This document shows, in pieces, positions 38,242-48,336 of a stretch of 64,000 nucleotides of DNA (the stretch's first letter is position 1; every line of letters begins with the position of its first letter). The stretch spans positions 16,701 to 80,700 of IMG/VR virus record IMGVR_UViG_3300019762_000001; one strand, given 5' to 3'. The stretch comes from a virus. The notes beneath the pieces are model-generated. The model saw only the letters and a program-made list of their open reading frames with translations. It searched no databases and was not told the DNA's origin. The position numbers were made by a program, and so were the translations under genes.

Positions 38242-40353
38242 TTATTCAGTTATATTCCCAAGGGCTTGGTCTAATGATCCCTGGAATAAGTTATCTATTG
38301 GAGCCCTGAAGATGGTTTCACCATCAGGCATCATAAGTATAAGGTCTCCGTTCTGTCTTTTTTGTTTAAACCCGTAGTCCTGAGCAAATGCTCCTTTCTC
38401 GAATACCTCTACCATATCCCTGGCCACTGCTACCACATCCCCCATAGCCTTATAGGTTTTAATATCATCAGTTTTACGATAATCAAAGTCGGATTGGTAG
38501 GTATAAGCTCCCTTGGGTATAGATAGTTGTTTTCTTCTTGTTTCTTCTTCCTGAGCTTTAGTGTTTTTACCGATTGAATCAGTTAGTAGGCTTATAGCTG
38601 AGGGTAATAAGAAGCTTATTGCCATACCCCATGGTCCTCCAAGGAATCCAAGAGTTCTACCAAGTAATGGAGCCATCTTAGAAAGTGGTCCTACCAGTTT
38701 TGACCCAACCCTAGCAGTCATACCAAGTTTAGATCCATACATAGACATCCATCTTGCTTGGGTAGCCATTGTCTTAGAAGCAAATCCTGCCCCGCCACCA
38801 GCAAATCTAGCCATATATCTCATACCAGCACGAGTTGACATAGGGGTAACAGATTGTACTCCTCTAGCTCTTAGTGCTCCACCAAAAGATCCATACCTTG
38901 CCATCCCAGCCATTCTTGGGGACATACCAGCCATTGACATAGCCCCGGAGGTCATTCCATAGCTTTTTGCTGCGGCACTCATTTGGGCATATCCGGCAAT
39001 TGTACTCCTTACCCTACCAGAAAAAGCAGATTGATTAGACATGGTGATTAACCTTAATCCAGCCTTTACTGCTTTGTAGGCAGTAGCAGCTGTTTTAATA
39101 GCTACCCATGATCCAACCATTGTTACCAAGCCTGGGCCTATGATTGGGGTATTTATTATCCCCACCAACACATCCATTATGCCAGTGAATAATTTTAGAG
39201 CTGGTTTTAATACAGGCTCTATACCCTTAGTAAAAGCAACCTTGAATGTCTCAATAGCAGAAGTTGCTTCCATGATATTACCCTGTAAGCTGGACATCAT
39301 CTCAGACATAAGCCTTGCAGCTTCACCAGGTGAGTCCTCTTTTACTTTCTTAAGTAGTTTATCATAGTTAGCCATAGAGTTAATCATCATTAGAGCATTA
39401 CGTTTACCACGTACTCCAAAGATGGCTTCAACAATTCCTTGTTTTTCTAAGGTACCCAGCCCTTGAGCTTGTTGTCCTATTATTTTAAAGATATCCGCTA
39501 CTGGTTTTAGTTCTCCAGATTTTGTTTTAAGATCATCTATCCCAAGCCCAAGTATCTTTAAAGCTTTACTCTGCCTACCAGTTGAGAAATCGGTTAGAGT
39601 TTTAGATAGGTACCTAAAAGAGTTATCTACCGAGGTACCAGCCATGGAGCCTTGTATACCGGCATTACCCATTAACATGAACATTGCTGCTGTATCCTCC
39701 AATCCAACATTTAATTGGTGTAGGGTATTAGCAGCATATTTTGTAGATTCTCCCAACATTGGTAAAGTAACGTTGGCAGCATTAGTTGCAGTAACTAAGA
39801 TATCAGATATTCGTTTGGATTGTGAAGTTGGTATATCAAAAGCTCTCATGATATTGGTCATGATATCAGCTGCTCCACCAACTCCCCCCAGTGCAGTACC
39901 AGTAGCACCAGCCAAGTCAACAGTTGATTTCAAACCAGTTATTATCTCATTTGCAGACATACCGGCTTTAGCCATAAAGTGTTCCGCAGATGCAACCTGT
40001 TGGGCAGTAAACATAGTGCTACGACCCAGTTTTAGGGCCATAGCATCTAGTTTGAGTAGCTCAGCATGAGTAACAGGCCCAGCTTTCTTGGTAACAGCTT
40101 CCACAAACTTCATAGTATAGCCAAACTTTGCCCCAACCTGTGTCCATTGAGCCATACCCCGAATAGCAGCAGCCCCAGTCATAGCCCAAGCAGCGTTTAT
40201 ATTACGTACAGTACGGAGTTGGGATTTCTCCCACTCCATAACTTCTTTACGTAAATCTTTCGCATTGGCTTTTATGGTACGAGCTGGCCCGGAGAATTGA
40301 TCTCTCAAAAACATCCCAACACCAATACCAATTGCTGAACTTGATCCTACCAT
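38242..40353 (-). CDS. Tape measure protein
   Basis: TMFTAQQVASA, GIQGSMAGT and IFG motifs of the TP901-type core. Confidence 0.92.
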   Translation of the reverse strand: MVGSSSAIGIGVGMFLRDQFSGPARTIKANAKDLRKEVMEWEKSQLRTVRNINAAWAMTGAAAIRGMAQWTQVGAKFGYTMKFVEAVTKKAGPVTHAELLKLDAMALKLGRSTMFTAQQVASAEHFMAKAGMSANEIITGLKSTVDLAGATGTALGGVGGAADIMTNIMRAFDIPTSQSKRISDILVTATNAANVTLPMLGESTKYAANTLHQLNVGLEDTAAMFMLMGNAGIQGSMAGTSVDNSFRYLSKTLTDFSTGRQSKALKILGLGIDDLKTKSGELKPVADIFKIIGQQAQGLGTLEKQGIVEAIFGVRGKRNALMMINSMANYDKLLKKVKEDSPGEAARLMSEMMSSLQGNIMEATSAIETFKVAFTKGIEPVLKPALKLFTGIMDVLVGIINTPIIGPGLVTMVGSWVAIKTAATAYKAVKAGLRLITMSNQSAFSGRVRSTIAGYAQMSAAAKSYGMTSGAMSMAGMSPRMAGMARYGSFGGALRARGVQSVTPMSTRAGMRYMARFAGGGAGFASKTMATQARWMSMYGSKLGMTARVGSKLVGPLSKMAPLLGRTLGFLGGPWGMAISFLLPSAISLLTDSIGKNTKAQEEETRRKQLSIPKGAYTYQSDFDYRKTDDIKTYKAMGDVVAVARDMVEVFEKGAFAQDYGFKQKRQNGDLILMMPDGETIFRAPIDNLFQGSLDQALGNITE

Positions 40354-40355
40354 GC

Positions 40356-40544
40356 TTACTTCTTTTTGAGTTTTACTTTATTAATTTCCCTGTTAATATA
40401 TTCTTGGTGCTCATCACAGAGTTTTACAAATTTACCCCGTTGAGTTACCGGAAGTGATAGGAAGTGATCCCATGAAAAGTTCATCTTATTCTGTATAAGA
40501 TAAAACCATTCCCTCTCTAGATCTCCTCCGGAAAGTAGAAATCC
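40356..40544 (-). CDS. Probable -1 frameshift extension of the tail assembly chaperone
   Basis: The -1 frame is open across the chaperone stop (...LEREWFYLIQNKMNFSWDHFLSLPVTQRGKFV...) and ends 2 nt before the tape measure ATG. Confidence 0.6.
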   Translation of the reverse strand, partial: GFLLSGGDLEREWFYLIQNKMNFSWDHFLSLPVTQRGKFVKLCDEHQEYINREINKVKLKKK

Positions 40545-41290
40545 TGAACCATTACTAATGGGATATTCTGAACTTCTCCATTATCACTAACTATCTGGGT
40601 GGTTAGTTCATATGCTGGGTCATGTAGTTTTACCTGAGCCCTGATCTCTCTCATATCCCTAGCAGAGAAATTAGTAAAACTTGTAATGGTTATCCAACTT
40701 TGTGATCCATCAAGTAGCATCTGGAAGCCCCTAGCATAAAGCTCTGTATTCTTTGTGTTAGTTTCTTCTGTGGCCTCCATCATATATATCTCGGATAGCC
40801 CATCCTGGAATCTAAACCTAAGTTGTTTACCAGAGGTTGTAGTAAACTCATGGTATCTATCTTTAGTTTTATAAGGGGGCATCAAGAATTCAAAGTATCC
40901 TGGCATATCCTCTGTATGTGGAAATAACTCAGGCTTGGAATAATCATAGCAATAACGATTTAAGTCCTCAACGTATTCTGTTGGAGCCCCATTTGGTGTC
41001 CATGACCAGTTGAAATGAAAGTCTGCTCCCAATGAGAAGATACGGGATTGTAATAAGATATAATACTTATCACGTAGCTTCATTTCTTTTACAGTTTGTA
41101 GTTTTACTTGGCTATCGCCATCGTATTCAACTAGAATACCCTGGATAAACTTATTGAAAGCTATGTGAGCTTTTACGTCTGAGGTTCTTGAGATTACCTC
41201 ATCATCATTACCATTCTGTTCTCTGATGATTGCTTTGATACCCGATGGAGTATAGAACTCATGGGTTTTTGGGGATTTAAAATTTTCCAT
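40517..41290 (-). CDS. Tail assembly chaperone
   Basis: Lies between tube and tape measure; start at MENFK (41290), downstream of a terminator. Confidence 0.7.
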   Translation of the reverse strand: MENFKSPKTHEFYTPSGIKAIIREQNGNDDEVISRTSDVKAHIAFNKFIQGILVEYDGDSQVKLQTVKEMKLRDKYYILLQSRIFSLGADFHFNWSWTPNGAPTEYVEDLNRYCYDYSKPELFPHTEDMPGYFEFLMPPYKTKDRYHEFTTTSGKQLRFRFQDGLSEIYMMEATEETNTKNTELYARGFQMLLDGSQSWITITSFTNFSARDMREIRAQVKLHDPAYELTTQIVSDNGEVQNIPLVMVQDFYFPEEI

Positions 41291-41346
41291 TTCTGTAAGT
41301 GTAAGTGGGTTTGTGTTAAAAACATGAATAAGCAGTATAGAATAAA

Positions 41347-41375
41347 GAGCCCTCCCACTAAGGGGAGAAGCTCTT
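41347..41375 (-). terminator. Terminator after the tail tube gene
   Basis: Minus strand AGAGCTTCTCCC-CTTAGT-GGGAGGGCTCT followed by TTATT. Confidence 0.65.
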
Positions 41376-41400
41376 ATCAACTAAACTACTTACAGATGGT

Positions 41401-41865
41401 TTAGAGTTTATGGCAAGTATCAACACATATCTCTATGGATTCTATAGAGTTATCTGCATCTGATGTTCTATCAAATTCTTGTCCGTTTATCTTGCAAGGC
41501 CAGCAGCCCTCGCATACCCATTGATTTAATGGGGTTTGGCCATCCTGAGATATCTCAGTAACGATGATTACCTTTTTATAAACCTCTGGGATAGTACCCC
41601 CACCGATTAGTGGGTCGGCTACTGAGGCAGCCCAATTCCAGAAGTAAGTATCTGAGTCCTTAGCAGAGAGTAATTTCTCTATCATTAGGTTACTAAATGA
41701 TACCCTCCCACCGGTTTTTATATTGTGGTTAGTGTGGCCATGCTCAGCCACTGCAATGTCCATATCTGGAAGAGTTACTTTCTGGGATAACATTGGATTT
41801 ATTGGGTCCGGAGCTATCGATATAGAGAAGTTAAACTTCTTCCTAGGATCTACTTTATCAGCCAT
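41401..41865 (-). CDS. Tail tube protein (T4 gp19-like)
   Basis: DPRKKFNF, GRVSFSNL, WPCKING.EFD and IESIEI. Confidence 0.9.
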   Translation of the reverse strand: MADKVDPRKKFNFSISIAPDPINPMLSQKVTLPDMDIAVAEHGHTNHNIKTGGRVSFSNLMIEKLLSAKDSDTYFWNWAASVADPLIGGGTIPEVYKKVIIVTEISQDGQTPLNQWVCEGCWPCKINGQEFDRTSDADNSIESIEICVDTCHKL

Positions 41866-41884
41866 ATCTTAAGAATTTATTTAG

Positions 41885-43405
41885 TTAGGAAATCTGAGCA
41901 CTTCCAGTGGAACTGTCCAGGATTATATTAAGTGAGAACTCCTGCATACTTGCTACAGGGATAATAGTAAGAGATACTTTGTACTTTCCTTGTAGTACAT
42001 CTGCTTTCTTATTAACCTGTAGGTTGTCAAGTGATGAGGCAAATTGGTCCCCCTCCCAAGAGTAGTCATAAAGAGCTCTGTTTTGTCCGGTTGATAATCC
42101 ATCAAAGAAAGGTTTTACTGTGTAGTAAATCTGACTCCAAGTTGGAATATCATTGGGCTCTTCTAGGTAATTCTCTAATGTTGGTAGTAAGGATTTACGT
42201 AGGTACATTACCAGTTTAACTACGTTAGCCCATTGTTCTTGGGAATTATAGTTAAGCCCAGTAAAGTTACCGGTTAGGAATACTTCTCCCCCCCTTTGTA
42301 CTACTAGGTTAATTTGAGAGTTAGCTAATGTATCCATATCAAGGGTACTAGCTGGAGACCCAAAGTTGTTTATAACTTTAGATACATTGCCAAGTACTCC
42401 CCTTTTCTTACCCGAGAAAGAAAGCCATGGGGTATAATTAACCTCGCTTAATACAGCTTTTGAGCATACATCAGCTAAGTTACCAACTTGAATATCAGAA
42501 CCTTGTGGTCCTTGATATTCTAAAGCCCCAGCAAAATACCTGATGTATTTAGAGTTGCTGTTTACTGAGTCTCTTTCGGCTTTAATGTCAGTTGTGGTTT
42601 TCTTGGTGGGATCTATTTCACAAAAATAGAATAGATCTTTTCTTTTGTTTGCATAGGCTATACCAATAACATGGACAGCACTATCATACATACCAAGAGC
42701 CGCTACATGATAAGCCTCATTATAGTTATTGAATGATTCGAAAGCAACAGCGGTATAATCCGCAGAAGATACTGCAGTACCATCTGAACCCCCAGAAAAT
42801 TGATACTCAGCTACCTTAGGTGGTTCTACTGTGATAGAGTAATCTATAGTCTCATATACTACATCAACCAAGTTACTGTTATCCACAATATCTTTCAGAT
42901 AGTTTTGGGGTAAATTATGATCTACTGTTGGATCACCGGTTATGGTTAAGTTTCTGTAATACTCGATAGTTTCAGAATTACCCGTATCGATCATAAGATC
43001 AAAGAAGTCATCTTCATCATTTGAGGGTTGTAGTATTTTAACCTTCCATCCATTCGCTTCTTCTCCCTCGTATTTGGGTACTATCTTAAATAACTCATCA
43101 GCACTAACAGAATCATCTAAGATAGCCACGGCTGCAGCTTTTGCTGCATCATTATGAAGTATTCTACAGATTCTGGCTGAACCCCCAGATTCTAGGTACC
43201 TTTTTACCATAGTGGAGAACTTATTGTCAGGTACTTCCCCACCAAATATTTTTACGTACTGGGGCCAAGAAGTTATCAAGTCCTTTGGGTCTTCCACAGG
43301 ACCCGTTTTAGTTGGCCCTATAAAGAATGATACTCCATTGGCCGGCTCTGTAACTCCCACTATCTTGTTAGTTACATTGATTTTTACTTTAGCTGCGTTT
43401 GCCAT
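41885..43405 (-). CDS. Contractile tail sheath protein
   Basis: FIGPTKTGP...ITSWPQY...FGG, FSGGSDG and EPND..TW. Confidence 0.92.
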   Translation of the reverse strand: MANAAKVKINVTNKIVGVTEPANGVSFFIGPTKTGPVEDPKDLITSWPQYVKIFGGEVPDNKFSTMVKRYLESGGSARICRILHNDAAKAAAVAILDDSVSADELFKIVPKYEGEEANGWKVKILQPSNDEDDFFDLMIDTGNSETIEYYRNLTITGDPTVDHNLPQNYLKDIVDNSNLVDVVYETIDYSITVEPPKVAEYQFSGGSDGTAVSSADYTAVAFESFNNYNEAYHVAALGMYDSAVHVIGIAYANKRKDLFYFCEIDPTKKTTTDIKAERDSVNSNSKYIRYFAGALEYQGPQGSDIQVGNLADVCSKAVLSEVNYTPWLSFSGKKRGVLGNVSKVINNFGSPASTLDMDTLANSQINLVVQRGGEVFLTGNFTGLNYNSQEQWANVVKLVMYLRKSLLPTLENYLEEPNDIPTWSQIYYTVKPFFDGLSTGQNRALYDYSWEGDQFASSLDNLQVNKKADVLQGKYKVSLTIIPVASMQEFSLNIILDSSTGSAQIS

Positions 43406-43431
43406 AATATAAACAGGTTTTATTTACAGGT

Positions 43432-43692
43432 TTAGACTTTTTTATTCATACCTGGGAGGTTAGTGAACTTGATGTCTGCAATAGACTTTAGGTGTTGTGG
43501 GACAAATGCTGCTACTAATAAGATTAGCATCATACCAATAACGTAGAGGTTGAGGTCTACAGACTTAATCACTAAAGTCATCAGGAAGATAAATGAAAAG
43601 ATTAGGGTTAGAAAACTCTTTAATCTAGTTGAGCTTTTAGTACCATCTGATTCTTGTAGGTATCCCGCTGGTTTTTTAGTTGTAGTTTCCAT
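43432..43692 (-). CDS. Two-TM membrane protein, possible holin
   Basis: DGTKSSTRL followed by two hydrophobic helices. Confidence 0.5.
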   Translation of the reverse strand: METTTKKPAGYLQESDGTKSSTRLKSFLTLIFSFIFLMTLVIKSVDLNLYVIGMMLILLVAAFVPQHLKSIADIKFTNLPGMNKKV

Positions 43693-43702
43693 GGTTTTTT
43701 TT

Positions 43703-44380
43703 TTATTTTTTGATAGTTATAGTATCTAAGTTATTTACAGTTACATCTATCTCGGTTATTGGAGATAGGTTTTCTGGACCTTGTTTAGGAATAGATTCCC
43801 ATAGATCTTTTATCTCAAAGGAATATATCCTCTCCATAATACCCCTCTCAGGGTCTTCAGGAGTAGTAGTATTTATTTCGTGTACAAATATTTTACGGCC
43901 TGGTACATCTGGTAAGTCTAAGTAGCCTCTTTTTGGTATAGCAGTAGCGATTACTCCATTTAGTAAGTTTTTTTGGCTAGCATCACCTGAAATAGCATGG
44001 ATATTGATATAATAATCAGAAGTCCTTGGCGGTAAAGTTTCAGTCTTATACCTATTAGTAGCTTGGTCTTTAATATACACGGGTTCAGGGTTATTCCCAA
44101 CATCTCCAGCTAAAAAGGCTCTACTTGCAACAACTATACGAGGATATTTCTCATACCCTTTATCATCGGTATTTCCAACGCCAAAAAGCCCAACGCAGTA
44201 TCCCCGGTTGGTTTTTATTTGTTGTATCATATTCAGTAGGTTATTATACCCGGCCTCAGTATCTGGGTAGTTAGTTGTATCTGTTATATCTGGGGTTATA
44301 CCCAACTCAACCAATACATCGAGTATAGCCTTATAAAAGGCATAATCTACCTGGTCCTCTATTTGTGGTAATGTGATCAT
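43703..44380 (-). CDS. Tail terminator / completion protein
   Basis: Position before the sheath gene; YPRIVV. Confidence 0.55.
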   Translation of the reverse strand: MITLPQIEDQVDYAFYKAILDVLVELGITPDITDTTNYPDTEAGYNNLLNMIQQIKTNRGYCVGLFGVGNTDDKGYEKYPRIVVASRAFLAGDVGNNPEPVYIKDQATNRYKTETLPPRTSDYYINIHAISGDASQKNLLNGVIATAIPKRGYLDLPDVPGRKIFVHEINTTTPEDPERGIMERIYSFEIKDLWESIPKQGPENLSPITEIDVTVNNLDTITIKK

Positions 44381-44955
44381 CGTATTTGTAATTTAAAGCC
44401 ATATCTACGTTTATAATACTGGCTAACATTCCGGGTTATAAACATCATAATTCTACGCTTACCCCCAAAATGACCTTTCCTTGTGAATGTATCTTTAAAC
44501 ACTGGGTAAGGTTTAGCATATTTTGTACCTTTCTCAAGCATGTAAGCTGCTTCATATACAGTGAGTCCTCCACGGCCCCTACTTGTATCTTTACGGGATA
44601 CTCCAACTACATAGTTACCTTTTTTTGTCCTAGTAACTTTTACTGAATTATGTAGTTTACCCGAGAACATAAGCAACCCCTGATGAGTAGCAAATCTCCG
44701 TTTGTATGAAAAATATGAACCTGAGATAGCAGAGCTAGATGGCACATACCCAAGTCTTACCCCATGAGTCCTAAGGTTTAATCTTACTTGCCTACGGTAC
44801 TCATTAGCTGCATTGTGCATTCCCTTGTCCACCTGCATAGCCATTTGTATTGGCATTTCATCTATCATATTCATTAACCTGTCCCATTCCCCCTCAAGTT
44901 TAACTGAGAGGTTACCGGACATACCTCTACCCCTTATTCTACTGTGTATTGCCAT
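44377..44955 (-). CDS. Neck / tail completion protein (HK97 gp10-like)
   Basis: SGKLHNSV and AYMLEKGT...PYPVF. Confidence 0.7.
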   Translation of the reverse strand: MAIHSRIRGRGMSGNLSVKLEGEWDRLMNMIDEMPIQMAMQVDKGMHNAANEYRRQVRLNLRTHGVRLGYVPSSSAISGSYFSYKRRFATHQGLLMFSGKLHNSVKVTRTKKGNYVVGVSRKDTSRGRGGLTVYEAAYMLEKGTKYAKPYPVFKDTFTRKGHFGGKRRIMMFITRNVSQYYKRRYGFKLQIR

Positions 44956-45407
44956 TAGTGTGGTATATTGCCGGTTTCTACCCTATCCGGACACAGGATA
45001 AGATGTTCCATCATTGGGTTAATACCTACTTGTGAAACATCTGTGAATCCAGCATCTTTATAAGTTACTCCATTTATTATAAACTTATCCTCTCCAGGAC
45101 TATAATCCAGGTTACCCTTTGAGTTTACAAGGTTTTTTTCAACCAGGTAATCCTTATGGAACATTACAACCATATTTTGGTTATCGAAGTCACCTTGTAC
45201 ATCGTTTTTAACACTTGGCCAAGTCCTGAAAAAGTTGTAAGCTATTATACCCACTAGCTGTACACTGTCAAACTTTGTAGCATTGTCAGAACCCCTACGA
45301 GATATCCTTCTAGTTTTCTTTTTCCAGAGGATAGGTTGTAGGGCTTGGTCATCAAAGTATTCCTTATGGAGGCTCCTGAATAAGTCAAGAGAGGGTTTAG
45401 TAATCAT
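44955..45407 (-). CDS. Head closure protein
   Basis: Position; EDKFIINGVTY. Confidence 0.55.
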   Translation of the reverse strand: MITKPSLDLFRSLHKEYFDDQALQPILWKKKTRRISRRGSDNATKFDSVQLVGIIAYNFFRTWPSVKNDVQGDFDNQNMVVMFHKDYLVEKNLVNSKGNLDYSPGEDKFIINGVTYKDAGFTDVSQVGINPMMEHLILCPDRVETGNIPH

Positions 45408-46134
45408 GGGTATCTATTTTAGAAACTATGAATGGTATTACTGGTGTAGCTGGTTTAGAGCATATGCCAGGAATGTAAATAGTTAGTCGGCTTGCCAATG
45501 AACATATAGTTTGGGCCAAAGTATCAAATGTACCCCCAGGTGCAAAAATCTTAGAAAGAGTCTCTGATCCCTGGAACCATTCAGTTTCCATTGGGCCTTG
45601 TACCATTTTCTTTATTTCCTGCCCATTAGTTTTACCCTGGCTTATTAAATATTTAGAAGCTCCCTCTACTACTAAGTCATATGCAATTAATTGAGCAATC
45701 AGCGTATTTTCTAGTGCAGTATAAGAGAATTCATCATAAATATCGTCCAGTGCTATCTCATGGTTTACTAGAGGGGATAGATATAATTGCCATTTCTGTA
45801 TACGGATTTCTTTATCTTCTGGGTCCAAAGTAATACCTTCTGGAATGTATTGATCTACCAATTGATAAAGTGGTAGAGCTAATGGTTGCCCTATGTTTGA
45901 GGCCCCAATGGTCCTTTCAAAAGTGTAATCCGTTGAGGATTGGTTAATGGTTAATTTAACATCAAAAAACCCAGAGTCATTATAGGTATGCTCTGGGTTT
46001 TTATCAGTAGAGGTTTTACCGTCTCCAAAGTCCCAAGTGAAACTTGCAGTAGATATTACCCCGGTTGAAGTGTTAGATCTAAAATTAACCTTAAGCCCAT
46101 CCCCTTTATAACTAAAGTGAGCTTTTACTGCCAT
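45397..46134 (-). CDS. PKD-domain head-tail adaptor
   Basis: WDFGDGKTSTDKNPEHTY...VKLT; helical C-terminal domain. Confidence 0.75.
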   Translation of the reverse strand: MAVKAHFSYKGDGLKVNFRSNTSTGVISTASFTWDFGDGKTSTDKNPEHTYNDSGFFDVKLTINQSSTDYTFERTIGASNIGQPLALPLYQLVDQYIPEGITLDPEDKEIRIQKWQLYLSPLVNHEIALDDIYDEFSYTALENTLIAQLIAYDLVVEGASKYLISQGKTNGQEIKKMVQGPMETEWFQGSETLSKIFAPGGTFDTLAQTICSLASRLTIYIPGICSKPATPVIPFIVSKIDTHDY

Positions 46135-46625
46135 TACTCAGTGGTATCTTCTAACTCCTTAAGATAGGCTTCCAGTTTGCCCTTATTGTTAGAAATCTTC
46201 TCAAGCTCAGCTTCCTGCTCAGCATCAAGTTCATACTCGGCTTTGATTTGGAAGTAAATAGCCTTTTTCTCTGCTGCTAATCTTTTTTCAGCTTCTTCTT
46301 CGGCTTTTTCTTTAGCCTCGTTAGCAATTTCAAGGGACTCCTTGGTTTTATTTTCCAAGTCTGCTATATAATCATCATCCTTGTCAGTTACTGTTGGTAC
46401 TGCAGGTTTTAGAGCTTCAACTGCCTCCAGATAAGATTTATAATCTCTTTCTGTAGCTACTTTTAACCCACCAGCCATAAGGTGTCGATTAACTTTTGTA
46501 GAGTCTGCTACTACTTGAGTAGTTTCTACTACTTCCCCGTGGCAAAGCTTGATACCGGTTTTAGGGTCATAGAATGAGGCAGCTTTTGGGCCCAGTTTTA
46601 AATATACTTTATCTTGAGTTTCCAT
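46134..46625 (-). CDS. Hypothetical head-module protein
   Basis: ORF directly after the major capsid gene. Confidence 0.7.
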   Translation of the reverse strand: METQDKVYLKLGPKAASFYDPKTGIKLCHGEVVETTQVVADSTKVNRHLMAGGLKVATERDYKSYLEAVEALKPAVPTVTDKDDDYIADLENKTKESLEIANEAKEKAEEEAEKRLAAEKKAIYFQIKAEYELDAEQEAELEKISNNKGKLEAYLKELEDTTE

Positions 46626-46659
46626 TGTAAGTGGTATTAATCTTGGTTATAAACTATGT

Positions 46660-46685
46660 ATGGGGGCTCTAATAGAACCCCCATA
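46660..46685 (-). terminator. Terminator after the major capsid gene
   Basis: TATGGGGGCTCT/AGAACCCCCATA inverted repeat. Confidence 0.6.
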
Positions 46686-46693
46686 GAATGGTA

Positions 46694-47803
46694 TTACTTA
46701 ATGATGGTGTTAGCTTCGAATTGTGCTACGTTTAAGAAAGCAGGGAATACGTTAGATCCAGTAAATGTCTTGCTTGAATCAAGTATGAAACAGGCATCAC
46801 GGAATAGTTTAGCAAACCCCAATTCAGTGGAAACATAGGTTGCCTCGAATTGAGCAGAAACGATTCTTTCAGACTCAACTGTTAAAGGCTTAGCAGTATA
46901 CTTAGCCATGGCCATGCCAGGGTCAAGTAAGATCTGCTGATTAGCCGGTACAGCATCATGAACGAAGAACTCAAGGTCTCTAGGGATAGCAGTACGGATA
47001 TTCAATCTGTGCATTGGAGATCCCTGTACCGGTGTTTTAAACTCTGGTAAATCAAGAGTATCCATCATGATCTCTTCTCCCCCGATAGACACGTTTGCTT
47101 TTCTACCCATACGTGATAACCTAGTCCAAAGTCTTAGGTAATCCTTGTATACAAGGTTGTTGGCAGTAGTTACCCCGATAACTGGAGATGATTCAGAACC
47201 ATCTGCCTGGTCACCATTTAATAGGCAGTCGATAGCCATATGATCAACCCCATGACCCATCTTAATACCAAAATCTCTCAAGAAGATAGACAGGATATTA
47301 ATAGATGAGTATCTTCTGATCTCATCAGATAGCTTCAAACCTTTACCCATCTTTGAGATAGAGAAAGATTTCTGACCATATGAGATATCCCCCAATGGGA
47401 TTGTCTCAGCTTCTCCAAGAAGTTCCGGTACAGCATCTGACATGTTAATTTGAGGTATTATTTGGCTTAAGCCTCTCATTTGCTCCTCTACTGCAGTTAC
47501 AGATGGCCAGATTGGAGCCATACGGAATCCCTCAGTGATAGCCTCTCTGATAATTTCAGGAACGATCCATCTTACATCTACTTTACCAACAGTAAGTAAG
47601 TTCTGTAGTGTATCAGCTCCTAAATCTATACCAAGATGGTCATAGAATTTATCAAGAGATACTTGATACTTAGCTTCTACTACTTCGGCCAAAGAGACAT
47701 CAACTGGTCTGTCGTTATCAACTCTGGTCCTTTCGGCAAATTTTACTAACTCCTTTAGTTCTTCGCCGGTGATCTTATCTTTTAATTTTTTCTCGTCAGC
47801 CAT
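46694..47803 (-). CDS. Major capsid protein (HK97 fold)
   Basis: IVPEII, GEAETIP and KMGKGLKLSDE; size and position. Confidence 0.85.
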   Translation of the reverse strand: MADEKKLKDKITGEELKELVKFAERTRVDNDRPVDVSLAEVVEAKYQVSLDKFYDHLGIDLGADTLQNLLTVGKVDVRWIVPEIIREAITEGFRMAPIWPSVTAVEEQMRGLSQIIPQINMSDAVPELLGEAETIPLGDISYGQKSFSISKMGKGLKLSDEIRRYSSINILSIFLRDFGIKMGHGVDHMAIDCLLNGDQADGSESSPVIGVTTANNLVYKDYLRLWTRLSRMGRKANVSIGGEEIMMDTLDLPEFKTPVQGSPMHRLNIRTAIPRDLEFFVHDAVPANQQILLDPGMAMAKYTAKPLTVESERIVSAQFEATYVSTELGFAKLFRDACFILDSSKTFTGSNVFPAFLNVAQFEANTIIK

Positions 47804-47850
47804 TATATGACAGTATTTAAAGTTTTACAAAGTGATTAATGGGGGAATGG

Positions 47851-48294
47851 TTAGTTTTTAACCATTATCTGGAATCTCGCTGTATCAGCAGCTCCAGTGA
47901 TTGCCCAACCAATACAGGTGGCGATAGTTACAGAAGCGGCTGAATACTTAGAGAGTCCCGAAGTATCTAACCCCGTATATTTAACCGGGCCTGTAGTTAT
48001 TGCTCCATCGGCAATAGCCTCGATAATAACGAATCCTCGTGTTTTAACTGTACAACGAGTATCAGCAACTGCTGGGTCTACTGTTAATAAACTTACCCCA
48101 ATGCAAGTATGCTCGCTTACACCATCCCAAGGCTTAATTTTACCATTTGTGTGTAGCATTACCGGCTGACCAGCAGATACTTTTTCATTAGCGTGGAATC
48201 CCTGATGAAGTTTGTGGGATTCATCTTTTACGAATAACCGTTTGGTTTCTGAACCAAAAGCTGTTAAACTTTGTTTAGGACCTAATCCTGACAT
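47851..48294 (-). CDS. Capsid decoration / cement protein
   Basis: Small beta-rich protein between protease and major capsid gene. Confidence 0.65.
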   Translation of the reverse strand: MSGLGPKQSLTAFGSETKRLFVKDESHKLHQGFHANEKVSAGQPVMLHTNGKIKPWDGVSEHTCIGVSLLTVDPAVADTRCTVKTRGFVIIEAIADGAITTGPVKYTGLDTSGLSKYSAASVTIATCIGWAITGAADTARFQIMVKN

Positions 48295-48336
48295 AATATT
48301 GTGTATTAAGTGGTTTTTAATTTACTTGGAGGCTTC

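Noticed and set aside
31691-43405. Extracellular contractile injection system or tailocin
   Set aside because: Capsid, portal, protease, terminase and replication genes are contiguous with it, so this is a phage tail.
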